DNA from: Clostridiales bacterium Firm_18 | GTDB taxonomy: Bacteria > Bacillota > Clostridia > Monoglobales > Firm-18 | Direction: 5' to 3' | Length of the DNA: 64,000 nt | Assembly (NCBI GenBank): GCA_001604215.1 | Contig: LVAX01000054.1 | Coordinates: forward strand, 11,180 to 75,179 | Part shown: piece after piece, positions 10,330 to 19,858 of the stretch | Layout of the letters: every line of letters starts with the position of its first letter | Position numbering within the stretch: position 1 is the first letter of the stretch | Position numbers and translations under genes: made by a program | Notes under the pieces: generated by a model | What the model was told of the DNA's origin: nothing | The model's input: the letters and a program-made list of their open reading frames with translations, nothing else | The model's database searches: none

Positions 10330-10372
10330 TTTAAAAATCCCCCTTTGAAATAATTTATTTATATAAAATAAT

Positions 10373-11947
10373 TTATTTATATTTACTATCCAATATTTTC
10401 TGGTTAAGCTTTATATATTCTTCCAATCCCATTTGATTAAGCTTTGTTATGTAAGCATCCCATTGAGAATCTATGCCGCCGTTTAATATCCATTCTGCCG
10501 TACATTTTTCTACATATTGCACAATATCTGTTGTAAGCTGTCCCATACGTTCCGTATCGCTTGATGTCAACAGAGCCTCACCGGGAAAAGCTTCTTTTTC
10601 AACATATGGGGCATACATTTCATCACATTTACTTTTAAAAACATCCGACGGTGACGGGCTGTTTAGAGTGTACTCTCCTTTAAACAGCTTATAAAAACCC
10701 GATACCCCGGGAACGCTGTTTTCAACAGGAATCTTGTTACCATTACTAATTTCTTCAAACTTTCCGTTGTCAAGCTTTTTAATGTCTATGTCATAGAGCC
10801 CTCTATATGTCTGGATACTAATATCATCATCATAGCAATAATCCGCCCACCGTATTAATGCTTCCGGATATTGCGACTTAGTCGAGATTGCAAATGCAAA
10901 GTTGTTTGTAGCGGTAAATGCCCGCCTTGCCCATAGTTGATCTCCGTTAGGTCCCTTAAGCGGCGGGATTGATAAATAATCACCTTTCCCGCTCTTGTCA
11001 CCTGTTAAATTAACATTTACCATATATTCCGACCATGCAAGAAATGCACCTGCAATCGGAGGAACACTTCTTTGTTTGGAAGTAATGTCCGTAAGCGTAA
11101 AACCTTCCATATCCATAAGACCTTCGGAAACTAATTTGGAGAAATACCTTACGGCTTCCTTATATCCCGGTTGAATAGGCGAAAAAACAACCTTGCCGTT
11201 ATTTACCATAAAATGAGAAGCGGTATCTAAAACGCCAAACGAACCAAACAATGAAGTAATTCCGTTTATATGGTCCTTGTATTTGAATATCAACGGCATT
11301 TCATCATTAATTCCATTTCCGTTTAAATCATTGTTTTTGAATGCCTTCAGCACTTTATAAAACTCATCGGTTGTAGTAGGAACAGACATTCCTACTTTAT
11401 CAAGCCATGCTTTATTTATCACAAGAGCCTCATTGGTCAAGGGATTATTTTCATTTAATGTTGGCAAAGCATATATATGCCCGTCCGGCGCAGTGATTTG
11501 ATTTTTAATATCCGGTCTGTCATTTAAGACTTTACTTATGTTAGGAGCGTACTGCTCAATCAGATTTTCAAGGGGCAATAAAAGTCCCTGCATGCCATAG
11601 TTAACAACCTCAGTGGTACTTAAAACCCAGCCGCCATAAAACATATCCGGCATATCCCCGCTGGCGAACAACAGTTTTTTCTTTTCCGCAAAAACCGAGG
11701 ATTCCAAATCAGTTATGTCAAGTTGAATATTGGTTCTTTCCTCCATTATACGAAAATAAGGCATATCCGAAAAACTGCCGATAGCGGGACTCCTTGTTGC
11801 AAAAACTTCCGCAGTCAATTTTTCGTTTACTATTGGCAATCCGGTCTTATTAATTTCTACACTGTCCTTTTTTACCGTGCTGTTGTTTGCACAGCCGCTT
11901 AAAAGCATGATGAGTGTCGTGATTAAAATGAAAAGCCTCTTCTTCAT
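10373..11947 (-). CDS. ABC transporter extracellular solute-binding lipoprotein (large LplA-type, oligosaccharide)
   Basis: Lipobox MKKRLFILITTLIMLLSGC. At 524 aa its size is typical of LplA-like sugar binding proteins. It sits directly downstream of two sugar permeases. Confidence 0.85.
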   Translation of the reverse strand: MKKRLFILITTLIMLLSGCANNSTVKKDSVEINKTGLPIVNEKLTAEVFATRSPAIGSFSDMPYFRIMEERTNIQLDITDLESSVFAEKKKLLFASGDMPDMFYGGWVLSTTEVVNYGMQGLLLPLENLIEQYAPNISKVLNDRPDIKNQITAPDGHIYALPTLNENNPLTNEALVINKAWLDKVGMSVPTTTDEFYKVLKAFKNNDLNGNGINDEMPLIFKYKDHINGITSLFGSFGVLDTASHFMVNNGKVVFSPIQPGYKEAVRYFSKLVSEGLMDMEGFTLTDITSKQRSVPPIAGAFLAWSEYMVNVNLTGDKSGKGDYLSIPPLKGPNGDQLWARRAFTATNNFAFAISTKSQYPEALIRWADYCYDDDISIQTYRGLYDIDIKKLDNGKFEEISNGNKIPVENSVPGVSGFYKLFKGEYTLNSPSPSDVFKSKCDEMYAPYVEKEAFPGEALLTSSDTERMGQLTTDIVQYVEKCTAEWILNGGIDSQWDAYITKLNQMGLEEYIKLNQKILDSKYK

Positions 11948-11975
11948 TTTTTTATTCTCCCTCCCAAAATAATGT

Positions 11976-12872
11976 TTAGCCTTTTATGGAACCTAACATA
12001 ACTCCCTTAATAAAGAATTTTTGCAGAAACGGATACGCTACCAAAACCGGTACGCTTGCTACAACAATAACTCCGTACTTAATAAGTTCTTTTAACATAT
12101 TCTTTTCTTCCATAAGCAGAACATCATCAACCATAGCTGCACTGACTTGATTCTCTATTAATATGGAGGATAAGATTAGCTGCAGAGGATATAAACTCTC
12201 TTTTTTCAGATAAATGAGTGCCCTCATGTATTCGTTCCAGTGACTTACTCCGTAAAACAAAGCCAAAACCGCAATAATGGCTTTTGATAACGGCATTACC
12301 ACGGCAGAAAAAAATCTGAACTGGGAACACCCATCCATAGAAGCAGATTCGTATAAATCCTCCGGTATGTTTGCTTCTAAAAAACTTCTGGCTACAATAA
12401 TGTTATACACGCTCGCCGCACTCAAAAGCACCATTATGGCACGCGTATCCAACAAATCAAGTGATTTAACCAACAAGTATTGCGGAATCATGCCGCCACT
12501 AAAATACATTGGCACCAGCAAAAACAAAGTAATAGCTTTTCTCCCTGAAAATGACCGTCTGGACAATGGATACGCAATCATCATCGTTATTACCACGTTA
12601 ATCGTTGTTCCGACAGCCGTATAAATTATTGTGTTTAAGTATCCGCTCCAAATCCTGTTATCGCTTATAATTCTTTTGTATCCCTCTAAAGACGGATTAT
12701 AAAGAAAAAACATTGCTTTTCCGGTGTTTACCCCCACAGGATCCGAAAAGGATGCAATTAATATGAAATATAATGGATATATCACCAGAATAAGTGTTAT
12801 TCCAAGAACAATATACACAAATATTTCGAACACTGTATCATCTATCGAATTTTTAATCGAATTGTTTTTCAT
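11976..12872 (-). CDS. carbohydrate ABC transporter permease (LplC/YtcP-like)
   Basis: Six-TM profile. MalFG-type EAA-like loop region (SFLEANIPEDLYESASMDGCSQFRFFSAVVMPLSK). Confidence 0.9.
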   Translation of the reverse strand: MKNNSIKNSIDDTVFEIFVYIVLGITLILVIYPLYFILIASFSDPVGVNTGKAMFFLYNPSLEGYKRIISDNRIWSGYLNTIIYTAVGTTINVVITMMIAYPLSRRSFSGRKAITLFLLVPMYFSGGMIPQYLLVKSLDLLDTRAIMVLLSAASVYNIIVARSFLEANIPEDLYESASMDGCSQFRFFSAVVMPLSKAIIAVLALFYGVSHWNEYMRALIYLKKESLYPLQLILSSILIENQVSAAMVDDVLLMEEKNMLKELIKYGVIVVASVPVLVAYPFLQKFFIKGVMLGSIKG

Positions 12873-12897
12873 TTTAACCCCCGAATATATATCACAA

Positions 12898-13866
12898 TTA
12901 CCACAGGCTTACATCGTTAAATTTTTTACTTAATTGATTAGCCATTATTAGCAAAAGAATGTTTACAACAGTATTGAATAATCCAATTGCCGTTGAATAG
13001 CTGTACTGTGCGTCAAGCAAGCCAACCTTATATGTATAGGTAGCAATAATTTCAGAAGCATCTATATTAAGAGGAGTCTGCAATAAATAGGCTTTCTGGA
13101 ATCCAAGCGAAAGTATTTTCCCTATTCGCATAATAAGTAAAGTTATAATCGTGGGCATTATTCCCGGCAGGTCAACATGCCAGATACTCTTTAGCTTATT
13201 TGCACCATCTATTTTTGCAGCCTCGTAGAGCTCCGGATTTATTCCCGAAAGCGCCGCAATATATACAATCGCCGCCCAGCCTGTGTTTTGCCATATATCC
13301 GACCATACAAAAATATGGCTAAACATACTTGCCTTTCCCATAAAAAATATCGGCTCCAGCCGCAGCTGCTTAATAAAGAAATTAACAATACCGGTGCTTG
13401 GAGATAAGAAAATGTTTATCATTCCGCAAAAAACAACAACGGAAATAAAATGAGGGGCATAAGTAGTCGTTTGAACAATTTTCTTGAATCTTTCACCTCT
13501 GATATTGTTAAGCATAATTGCTAATATTACAGGAAACGGAAAACCGGCTGCTAAAGAATAAATACTTAATACCAAAGTATTTCTCAAAATAATGTTAAAT
13601 TGATACGATGTGAAAAAGCGTTCAAAGTGTTTAAATCCTACCCATGGGCTCCCCCATATCCCCTTACCAATTATAAAATCTTTGAATGCAAGTTGTACAC
13701 CGTACATCGGCCCGAATTCAAAAATTAAAAAATAGATAATTACCGGGGCACATAAGACATAAAGCTGCCAGTCTTTTATAATTGTACGCTTAAATCTATT
13801 GGGTGTAATAGAATCATAAAGCTTATTCTTTTTTTCAGCCTTGCTGATATCTAATAAAGATTCCAT
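12898..13866 (-). CDS. carbohydrate ABC transporter permease (LplB/YteP-like)
   Basis: Polytopic membrane protein. EAA loop (PELYEAAKIDGANKLKSIWHVDLPGIMP). Confidence 0.9.
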   Translation of the reverse strand: MESLLDISKAEKKNKLYDSITPNRFKRTIIKDWQLYVLCAPVIIYFLIFEFGPMYGVQLAFKDFIIGKGIWGSPWVGFKHFERFFTSYQFNIILRNTLVLSIYSLAAGFPFPVILAIMLNNIRGERFKKIVQTTTYAPHFISVVVFCGMINIFLSPSTGIVNFFIKQLRLEPIFFMGKASMFSHIFVWSDIWQNTGWAAIVYIAALSGINPELYEAAKIDGANKLKSIWHVDLPGIMPTIITLLIMRIGKILSLGFQKAYLLQTPLNIDASEIIATYTYKVGLLDAQYSYSTAIGLFNTVVNILLLIMANQLSKKFNDVSLW

Positions 13867-14046
13867 GATGCGTTACCTTTCCTTTGATATTGTCAAGTAT
13901 ATTATATATCAAGTCTAATATCAAAGTAAACAATCACATTTTGATTGGATATATCATATTTTGATGTATCATACCTTATATTGCAGCCCCTTGTTGCGAT
14001 GTGTGCCAAAACCGTTTACAAATCTACAATGGTTTTATACTCACAT

Positions 14047-14928
14047 TTAAAACATCATTTTTTTAATCTCATCGGAATATTGCACAATCGCCTCTGAAAA
14101 GGTTACGATATATGCGCCCAATGCATTGGCCCGATTAAGACATTCCAAAGTCGTCACTCCACGCATATAATTATACAAAAAACAAGCAGAAAATCCGTCA
14201 CCCGCTCCTACGGCCGATTTAAATCTTTTAGCTTTTAAACCCTTAGTGCTGAGCATATGATTTTCCATGCGGCAAAAGCATAATGCTCCCTCACTGTCGA
14301 GGGTAATTATGACAGTGTGAATAGAAAAAGCGTCGCACAGGGTTTCGCATAGCTTTTGATAAGAATCAAAGGGGTTAACAATCCCCAAATTAACAAGTTC
14401 GTCGCATTCATAGCGATTCAGCTTTAAAATAGTTGAGTTTTGCAAGCAGGATTGAATCAATGACTTTGTATAATAACTTCCCCTTAGATTAAGGTCGCAA
14501 AAAACTTCATTAAAATGACAGCATTTTAATACCTCGTGCAATGTGCTTTTCGAAACATAAGACCGTTGTGCAAGGGTCCCGAAATATAAGACGTCAAAAT
14601 TTTGCTCATAAATACTCTTGTTTGAAGGTATATAGTCATATGCAACATCTTCGATCAGGTCATAGGCCGGCTCACCATTATTCAAAATAACATTGCAAAC
14701 ACCCGTGGGCTTATCAGTCAATACAGAAACAAACTTCGTATCAACATTCAAACCCCGAATTTCACGCACAAGCTCATGTCCAAGGATATCATCACCAACT
14801 GCCGTTAAAATCGAAGCATTTGCACCAAGCTGAGCCAAGTGTGCAGCAAAATTAACCGGTGCGCCACCAAGTTTTTTGCCGTCAGGAAACACATCCCACA
14901 ACGCTTCGCCAAATACCAATACCTTCAT
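14047..14928 (-). CDS. PfkB-family sugar kinase, probable fructokinase
   Basis: GGAPVNFAAHLAQLGANASILTAVGDD and the C-terminal GAGDGFSACF motif of the PfkB ribokinase family. The gene starts 4 nt after the GH32 stop. Confidence 0.85.
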   Translation of the reverse strand: MKVLVFGEALWDVFPDGKKLGGAPVNFAAHLAQLGANASILTAVGDDILGHELVREIRGLNVDTKFVSVLTDKPTGVCNVILNNGEPAYDLIEDVAYDYIPSNKSIYEQNFDVLYFGTLAQRSYVSKSTLHEVLKCCHFNEVFCDLNLRGSYYTKSLIQSCLQNSTILKLNRYECDELVNLGIVNPFDSYQKLCETLCDAFSIHTVIITLDSEGALCFCRMENHMLSTKGLKAKRFKSAVGAGDGFSACFLYNYMRGVTTLECLNRANALGAYIVTFSEAIVQYSDEIKKMMF

Positions 14929-14931
14929 GGG

Positions 14932-16491
14932 TCACCTCATATAATTAAGATTTAAATCTCGAACAGCTATATCTTCGCTATCCGCTGAAATAGATAACAT
15001 ATTTAAATTATAGTCCGCTACGTTTCCTGACACCACGTATACGGCGCCGTCATTTATAAATAATTCAACTCCGGTGACATCCGAAATAAGGCGGATTTTT
15101 ATAATATCCCCATTATTGTACAGATGAGCAAAAACACCGTTGCAATCCACGCATTTGCGAGATGTGTCAAACACAATTTGCCTGCCGTGCAGTTCAATTT
15201 TCGTGATTGTATTCGGCTTATATATCATTTTAAATTCGATATCAATCGCTTCGCCTTCAACCTTGGTGCTAAACGGCTTTGACAGATTGAAGCAGGGAAA
15301 ACTCTGTGTTTTTGTATAAAGCTTTTCAATCTCTCTCACAGGATATGTGAATAATTGTACGCCGTATTCTGTTGTACGAAGGCTCATTTCACAAGGAAAC
15401 GTCATTGCCTGATTAAAAGTTTTAGCCGGAATGTCATTCCTGTCCCACGCAATACGAATCCGTCTGTTATCAGGTGTATTAAACCAAGATTGAGACGCAT
15501 AGCACCTGCTGCCGTGATGCAAGCTTTGAACAGGTGTTTCCTGACGAAATATTCGTCCGTCAAAACTGCCTACAATGTATTTGTCTGATGCTCCGGTAAA
15601 AACCCATTTAATATTGCTCTCGTCACCATCCAACGCAAGAGGGTAAAAATCGGGGCATTCCGCATCTCCCGGCAGAGATATTTCCTGCAGCTTCACCCAA
15701 TTAGTAAGATTAGAGGACGAAAATAAAGCAAATCGGTTTGCCGCCAAATATAGAGCCATTATATATTGATCAGTCTGTTTATGATAAACCACCTTAGGGT
15801 CTCTGTTAACACCTTCAATGTGAGCAATAATCGGGTTTTTCTCATATTTTTGGAATGTCATTCCGCCATCCGTGCTAAAAGCAATATGCTGAGCAAACTT
15901 CCCGCCTTCCGAAAGTGCAGATGTTCCTCCTGCGGCTGTGTAAAACAAAACAATCGTCTTTTGTTCGCCCGTTTGCAGGTTCAAAAGATTTTTCTCATCA
16001 ATAATGGCGGAACCAGAGAATATTGTGCCGTGACAGTCTGGGAACAAGGCAACAGGCAAATGCTCCCACCTTACCAAATCATCACTGACGGCATGCCCCC
16101 AATGCATATTGTTCCACGTCACGCCAACGGGATTAAGCTGATAGAACATATGATATTTTCCGTTATGATACACCAAACCATTAGGGTCGTTCAGCCAACC
16201 CATAGGAGCCGAAAAATGAACCTTGGGACGATACCTTTCACAATAAGGATTATCGGGCATTTCATCCGCCTTTTTGATTTCAAAATCCATATGCGGCAAA
16301 CACTCCATACTGAGCATCCGCCCTTTAAAGCGCCGAACATCATAATATGCGTAAAAGTCAGGTTCTAAGCCGTCTAATGCTATGTCTAAATCCAATACCA
16401 AAACAGTATCAAGGTAAAATTTCAATTTTTTTTGACTGGCATATTTACTCACAGGAAGTAGGATATAGTTACAGTCGCATAAAAAGTTCAT
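14932..16491 (-). CDS. glycoside hydrolase family 32 (beta-fructofuranosidase/fructan hydrolase), intracellular
   Basis: GH32 catalytic motifs WLNDPNGLVYHNGKYHMFYQ, RDPKV and ECPDF. No signal peptide. The start codon is uncertain because of an ~80-aa N-terminal extension. Confidence 0.9.
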   Translation of the reverse strand: MNFLCDCNYILLPVSKYASQKKLKFYLDTVLVLDLDIALDGLEPDFYAYYDVRRFKGRMLSMECLPHMDFEIKKADEMPDNPYCERYRPKVHFSAPMGWLNDPNGLVYHNGKYHMFYQLNPVGVTWNNMHWGHAVSDDLVRWEHLPVALFPDCHGTIFSGSAIIDEKNLLNLQTGEQKTIVLFYTAAGGTSALSEGGKFAQHIAFSTDGGMTFQKYEKNPIIAHIEGVNRDPKVVYHKQTDQYIMALYLAANRFALFSSSNLTNWVKLQEISLPGDAECPDFYPLALDGDESNIKWVFTGASDKYIVGSFDGRIFRQETPVQSLHHGSRCYASQSWFNTPDNRRIRIAWDRNDIPAKTFNQAMTFPCEMSLRTTEYGVQLFTYPVREIEKLYTKTQSFPCFNLSKPFSTKVEGEAIDIEFKMIYKPNTITKIELHGRQIVFDTSRKCVDCNGVFAHLYNNGDIIKIRLISDVTGVELFINDGAVYVVSGNVADYNLNMLSISADSEDIAVRDLNLNYMR

Positions 16492-16571
16492 CCAAAATCA
16501 ATCCTTTACATTCATTTAATTATATGTTATCCTAATTATATATTTATTTCAAGTGAAACAACAATGCAAAA

Positions 16572-17393
16572 GTGAGAAAAATAGATATGATTTATATTAA
16601 AAAGGAAAATGATTTATCAATGTACAGCAAACAGCACAAGGATTTGTCTCTGCATTATTTATCCTCAGGTTCTATTGTCTCAAATAATCACTGGAAACAT
16701 CGGCAAAGGCTAAGCGACTGCTATGAGTTGTTATTTGTCATACGTGGAAATTTGCACATTCAAGAGGAAGAGACAAGATACACATTATCGGAAAATCATT
16801 ATATCATTTTACAGCCGTATAAACTAAGCTTCGGATTTCAACCAAGCAAGGGTGAGGTTGCTTTCTATTGGCTGCAATTTCAAACCAGCGATCTTAAAGA
16901 ATGGGGAATAACAAGCTTTTTTTCGTGTTGCGATGAGCCCTTGGAGCTTACACTTTTGCTCGAAAAAATAGCAAAAGTACCCATTACCGGAAGCAACACG
17001 GCTGACTTATATGCGGCGCTTGTGTTAAACGAGCTTGCCGCAGCACAAAATAACAATTTGACAATACAACCAATAATGCACTGGATCAAAGCGAATATTA
17101 GCGGTGCTTTGGATATCGAAACGGTAGCAAATAACTTTGGGTATAACAAGGACTATCTCAGCAAGCTGTTTAATCATCAATGCGGTCAAGGGATTAAAAA
17201 ATATATTAACTCTGAATTAATAAAGCGAGCTAAAACTTTATTATTAACATCATCTTACAGCATATCCCAAATATCTGATATGCTGCTATTTCCAACCCCA
17301 AATTTGTTTAATAAATTCTTCAAATATCACGAAAAAATAAGCCCTTTGAGATTTAGAAAGAGCTTTAATTTGATAAAAAGGAATCTATATTGA
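16572..17393 (+). CDS. AraC-family transcriptional regulator
   Basis: C-terminal AraC HTH region (IETVANNFGYNKDYLSKLFNHQCGQGIKKYINSELIKRAKTLLLTSSYSISQISDML). Divergent from the GH32 gene. The start may be ATG 16587 rather than GTG 16572. Confidence 0.85.
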   Translation: MRKIDMIYIKKENDLSMYSKQHKDLSLHYLSSGSIVSNNHWKHRQRLSDCYELLFVIRGNLHIQEEETRYTLSENHYIILQPYKLSFGFQPSKGEVAFYWLQFQTSDLKEWGITSFFSCCDEPLELTLLLEKIAKVPITGSNTADLYAALVLNELAAAQNNNLTIQPIMHWIKANISGALDIETVANNFGYNKDYLSKLFNHQCGQGIKKYINSELIKRAKTLLLTSSYSISQISDMLLFPTPNLFNKFFKYHEKISPLRFRKSFNLIKRNLY

Positions 17394-17467
17394 ATGTGGG
17401 TTTAGATAAAGCATCATACGAATAATATAATATTGAAACCCGCCCATCTTTTTAGATGAACGAGTTT

Positions 17468-19168
17468 TTATAAACCGTTGTCGGACATTAAATCATCGGG
17501 TATATCCTGCCCGGGTGGTTTATCTGGGCTTTGAGAGGGAGGCGGCACATTTTCCTGCTCTCCTTCTTCTTCCGCTTGCTGCTGTGTTTCCCGCTCCGTT
17601 TTTTCTTCACCTTCGGATGTTGTCTGATGCGAAGGTACACTGCTGGCGGTTATAATCCTGTCCATAGGCGAATATGAGCTGCGGTGCAAAAACTCCCTTC
17701 TTTCCTCAACACCGTTTTTATAATAAACCTTGTATGTATCGACCACAGCGCCTTTTTGGCCTGTTTGGGTTACAACCTTTTTACCCGGCTCCAAATCATC
17801 GGAGTATATTATTTTTTCCTGCGCATCCTTTGTGGATATTACGGTATTGATTAATTTTATGCTTTTGCTTTTATCCGCTTTTGTACCGAGGATTCTGACT
17901 GTATGAAGCCCGCCGGAAACCGTCGCGGTTATTTTTATGGGATAGTCGGTATTATTCCTGAATGCATAATCAACCGAATTCCATGCAACCGTGGCATCCT
18001 GCCCCAAAGGAAGATATGATACCGTAAACATATGGTTATGCCTTGTAACCGTTTGCAAATCGGCATAAAGCTGTGCGGAATACATGGTGGATGCAACCTG
18101 GCAAATCCCGCCGCCGACGCCCTGTTCTATCCTGCCGCCGATGTATACGTTAGCATCCGTATAGCCTCTTTGATACGAGCGCTCACCTACAACCGTGTTA
18201 AACGAAAAGATTTCGCCAGGCGCTATTACAGTCCCGTTAATTTTCCCTGCGGCAATCGCCATATTTTTGGTTCTTCCCGTATTTGACGAGTTGTAATTTG
18301 TGGTAAATTCACCAAGCACATCGGCAAACAGCGACTGCTCTAATTTTTCTGCCGTAATCTCGGGCGGTATAACTTCTGTTTCCACCTCAAATACCTTTAA
18401 GCCGGATTTTAACTTTTCGGAAATATCTTCGTAATTTACATCAACGCCCACTATATGTTTATTTATTACAGGCTTATTGTTTATTACATTGTATTTTGCA
18501 TTTACCGGCTCACGCCTGATTCTGCTGTATAATAAATCGGCAGTAATATCGTCGCCCCCGCTTTTTGCAACTGCCCCGATATCATCAAAAATCAATAGTC
18601 CGCTGTTTGAATATATTTTATTATATACCTCTTCCACATCGACTATCAAGCCGTTAACAAGGTCTACCCTTGCCACTTTATAATCATCGGAATATTCAAT
18701 AGCCGGATTTTCCTTTTCTATTTCATCGGCAAATTCAGATATTTCACGTTTTATTGTCTTATCGTCAAAGCTTGGTGCAAGCGAAATATAGGTTTTTGCC
18801 CCCAAATAAGGAAGAATGCGCCGGGGAAGCGGACCGCTGCGCCCTACAACAAACGCATTCTCCACTGCGGATTGCACATCAAAGCTTACGCCTGATATGT
18901 CTATACCACGGCTTTTGTCTTTATATGTAACCTTTATTATCTTATCACCCATCGCGCTTTCAATGGTATTGTTTATTAACCCTAAAGCCTCATCCTTTGT
19001 CATCCTGCCTATATTTATACCGGCGACGCTGACGCCGCTTAATATCTTGTCCTTTGCAAAGACAGTTGAAAAGGTTAAAACAGCGGCAAAAACAAGCAAT
19101 AAAACCATAGCGGAAAGTAAAAACCTTAACGGAAGGCGTTTTTTAACCGGTCTTTTTATTATGGCCAT
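17468..19168 (-). CDS. VanW-family protein with C-terminal G5 domain and an acidic/proline-rich tail
   Basis: N-terminal TM anchor. VanW core (GGGICQVASTMYSAQLYADL). G5-like segment (VVTQTGQKGAVVDTYKVYYKNGVE). Tail EGEEKTERETQQQAEEEGEQENVPPPSQSPDKPPGQ. Confidence 0.85.
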   Translation of the reverse strand: MAIIKRPVKKRLPLRFLLSAMVLLLVFAAVLTFSTVFAKDKILSGVSVAGINIGRMTKDEALGLINNTIESAMGDKIIKVTYKDKSRGIDISGVSFDVQSAVENAFVVGRSGPLPRRILPYLGAKTYISLAPSFDDKTIKREISEFADEIEKENPAIEYSDDYKVARVDLVNGLIVDVEEVYNKIYSNSGLLIFDDIGAVAKSGGDDITADLLYSRIRREPVNAKYNVINNKPVINKHIVGVDVNYEDISEKLKSGLKVFEVETEVIPPEITAEKLEQSLFADVLGEFTTNYNSSNTGRTKNMAIAAGKINGTVIAPGEIFSFNTVVGERSYQRGYTDANVYIGGRIEQGVGGGICQVASTMYSAQLYADLQTVTRHNHMFTVSYLPLGQDATVAWNSVDYAFRNNTDYPIKITATVSGGLHTVRILGTKADKSKSIKLINTVISTKDAQEKIIYSDDLEPGKKVVTQTGQKGAVVDTYKVYYKNGVEERREFLHRSSYSPMDRIITASSVPSHQTTSEGEEKTERETQQQAEEEGEQENVPPPSQSPDKPPGQDIPDDLMSDNGL

Positions 19169-19249
19169 TGTTTTACCTCGCTTTTTTTATTTCTGTTACA
19201 TTATAATATTACCAGTTAGCAAGGTTTGTGTCAAGGATAATAGACCGCT

Positions 19250-19292
19250 AAAAAATAAAAAATTCGACCGTTTTAAGCATAATAAGGTCGAA
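19250..19292 (-). terminator. intrinsic terminator after the GNAT gene
   Basis: TTCGACC (19263-19269) pairs with GGTCGAA (19286-19292). On the minus strand the stem is followed by TTTTTTATTTTTT. Confidence 0.65.
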
Positions 19293-19310
19293 CTCTATAG
19301 GCCATAGGAC

Positions 19311-19784
19311 TTAAAAAAGCTCTTTTACAAGCAGTGCCCTTGGATATCCCTTGTCATAAGATACGGACTCAATATAAAAGCCCTGACGATAATAAAAATT
19401 TATAAGGCGCGAGGCCTTTGAAGCGGTATGCAGGTAAATTTTTTTTACCCCCATTGAAATCATTTCGGCATAAACCAAGTTTAAAAGCTTTTTTCCCACC
19501 CCCAGGTTATAATACTCTTGCAAAACCCCAAAACGGCTTAAATAAGCCGTTTTTTCCTTATCATTTAATTCTATTCTCAGACTGCCGACAACCCTGCTGC
19601 CAATGCATGCCACATAAACGTGCTTGCCAAGCACGTCGCTTTTAACCTTACAATAATCTTCGGATAATGCATCGATATTATCAGTGCCAATCATCTTTGC
19701 ATAATTCAGAAAAGCCTGTTTTGTCACCTCGAAAATTCCCTGAATATCATGCAAGGATGCCCTTCTTAATATAAGACCTTCCAT
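19311..19784 (-). CDS. GNAT-family N-acetyltransferase
   Basis: 157 aa. Acetyl-CoA binding pattern (RFGVLQEYYNLGVGKKLL). Confidence 0.8.
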   Translation of the reverse strand: MEGLILRRASLHDIQGIFEVTKQAFLNYAKMIGTDNIDALSEDYCKVKSDVLGKHVYVACIGSRVVGSLRIELNDKEKTAYLSRFGVLQEYYNLGVGKKLLNLVYAEMISMGVKKIYLHTASKASRLINFYYRQGFYIESVSYDKGYPRALLVKELF

Positions 19785-19858
19785 TTTCTATTTACCTTTC
19801 CAAGTTAGGCATAAGGAAGCCAAGCCCCATATGGAGTTTGGTTCTCTTATGCCTCAAT

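Noticed and set aside
15766-16368. Long antisense ORFs in the track. Examples: 15766-16368, 31373-31975, 42948-43649, 43785-44375, 45181-45615, 57009-57662 and 18816-19307.
   Set aside because: Each lies entirely antisense to a gene with strong family motifs (GH32, P-type ATPase, DUF1385, MnmE, Jag, LeuB, VanW). Their translations are low-complexity with no motifs or RBS.
19800-19858. Imperfect long hairpin (AGGCATAAG...CTTATGCCT) between argF and the GNAT gene, considered as a terminator.
   Set aside because: No U-tract follows it on either strand and the stem interior is mismatched. I left it unannotated.
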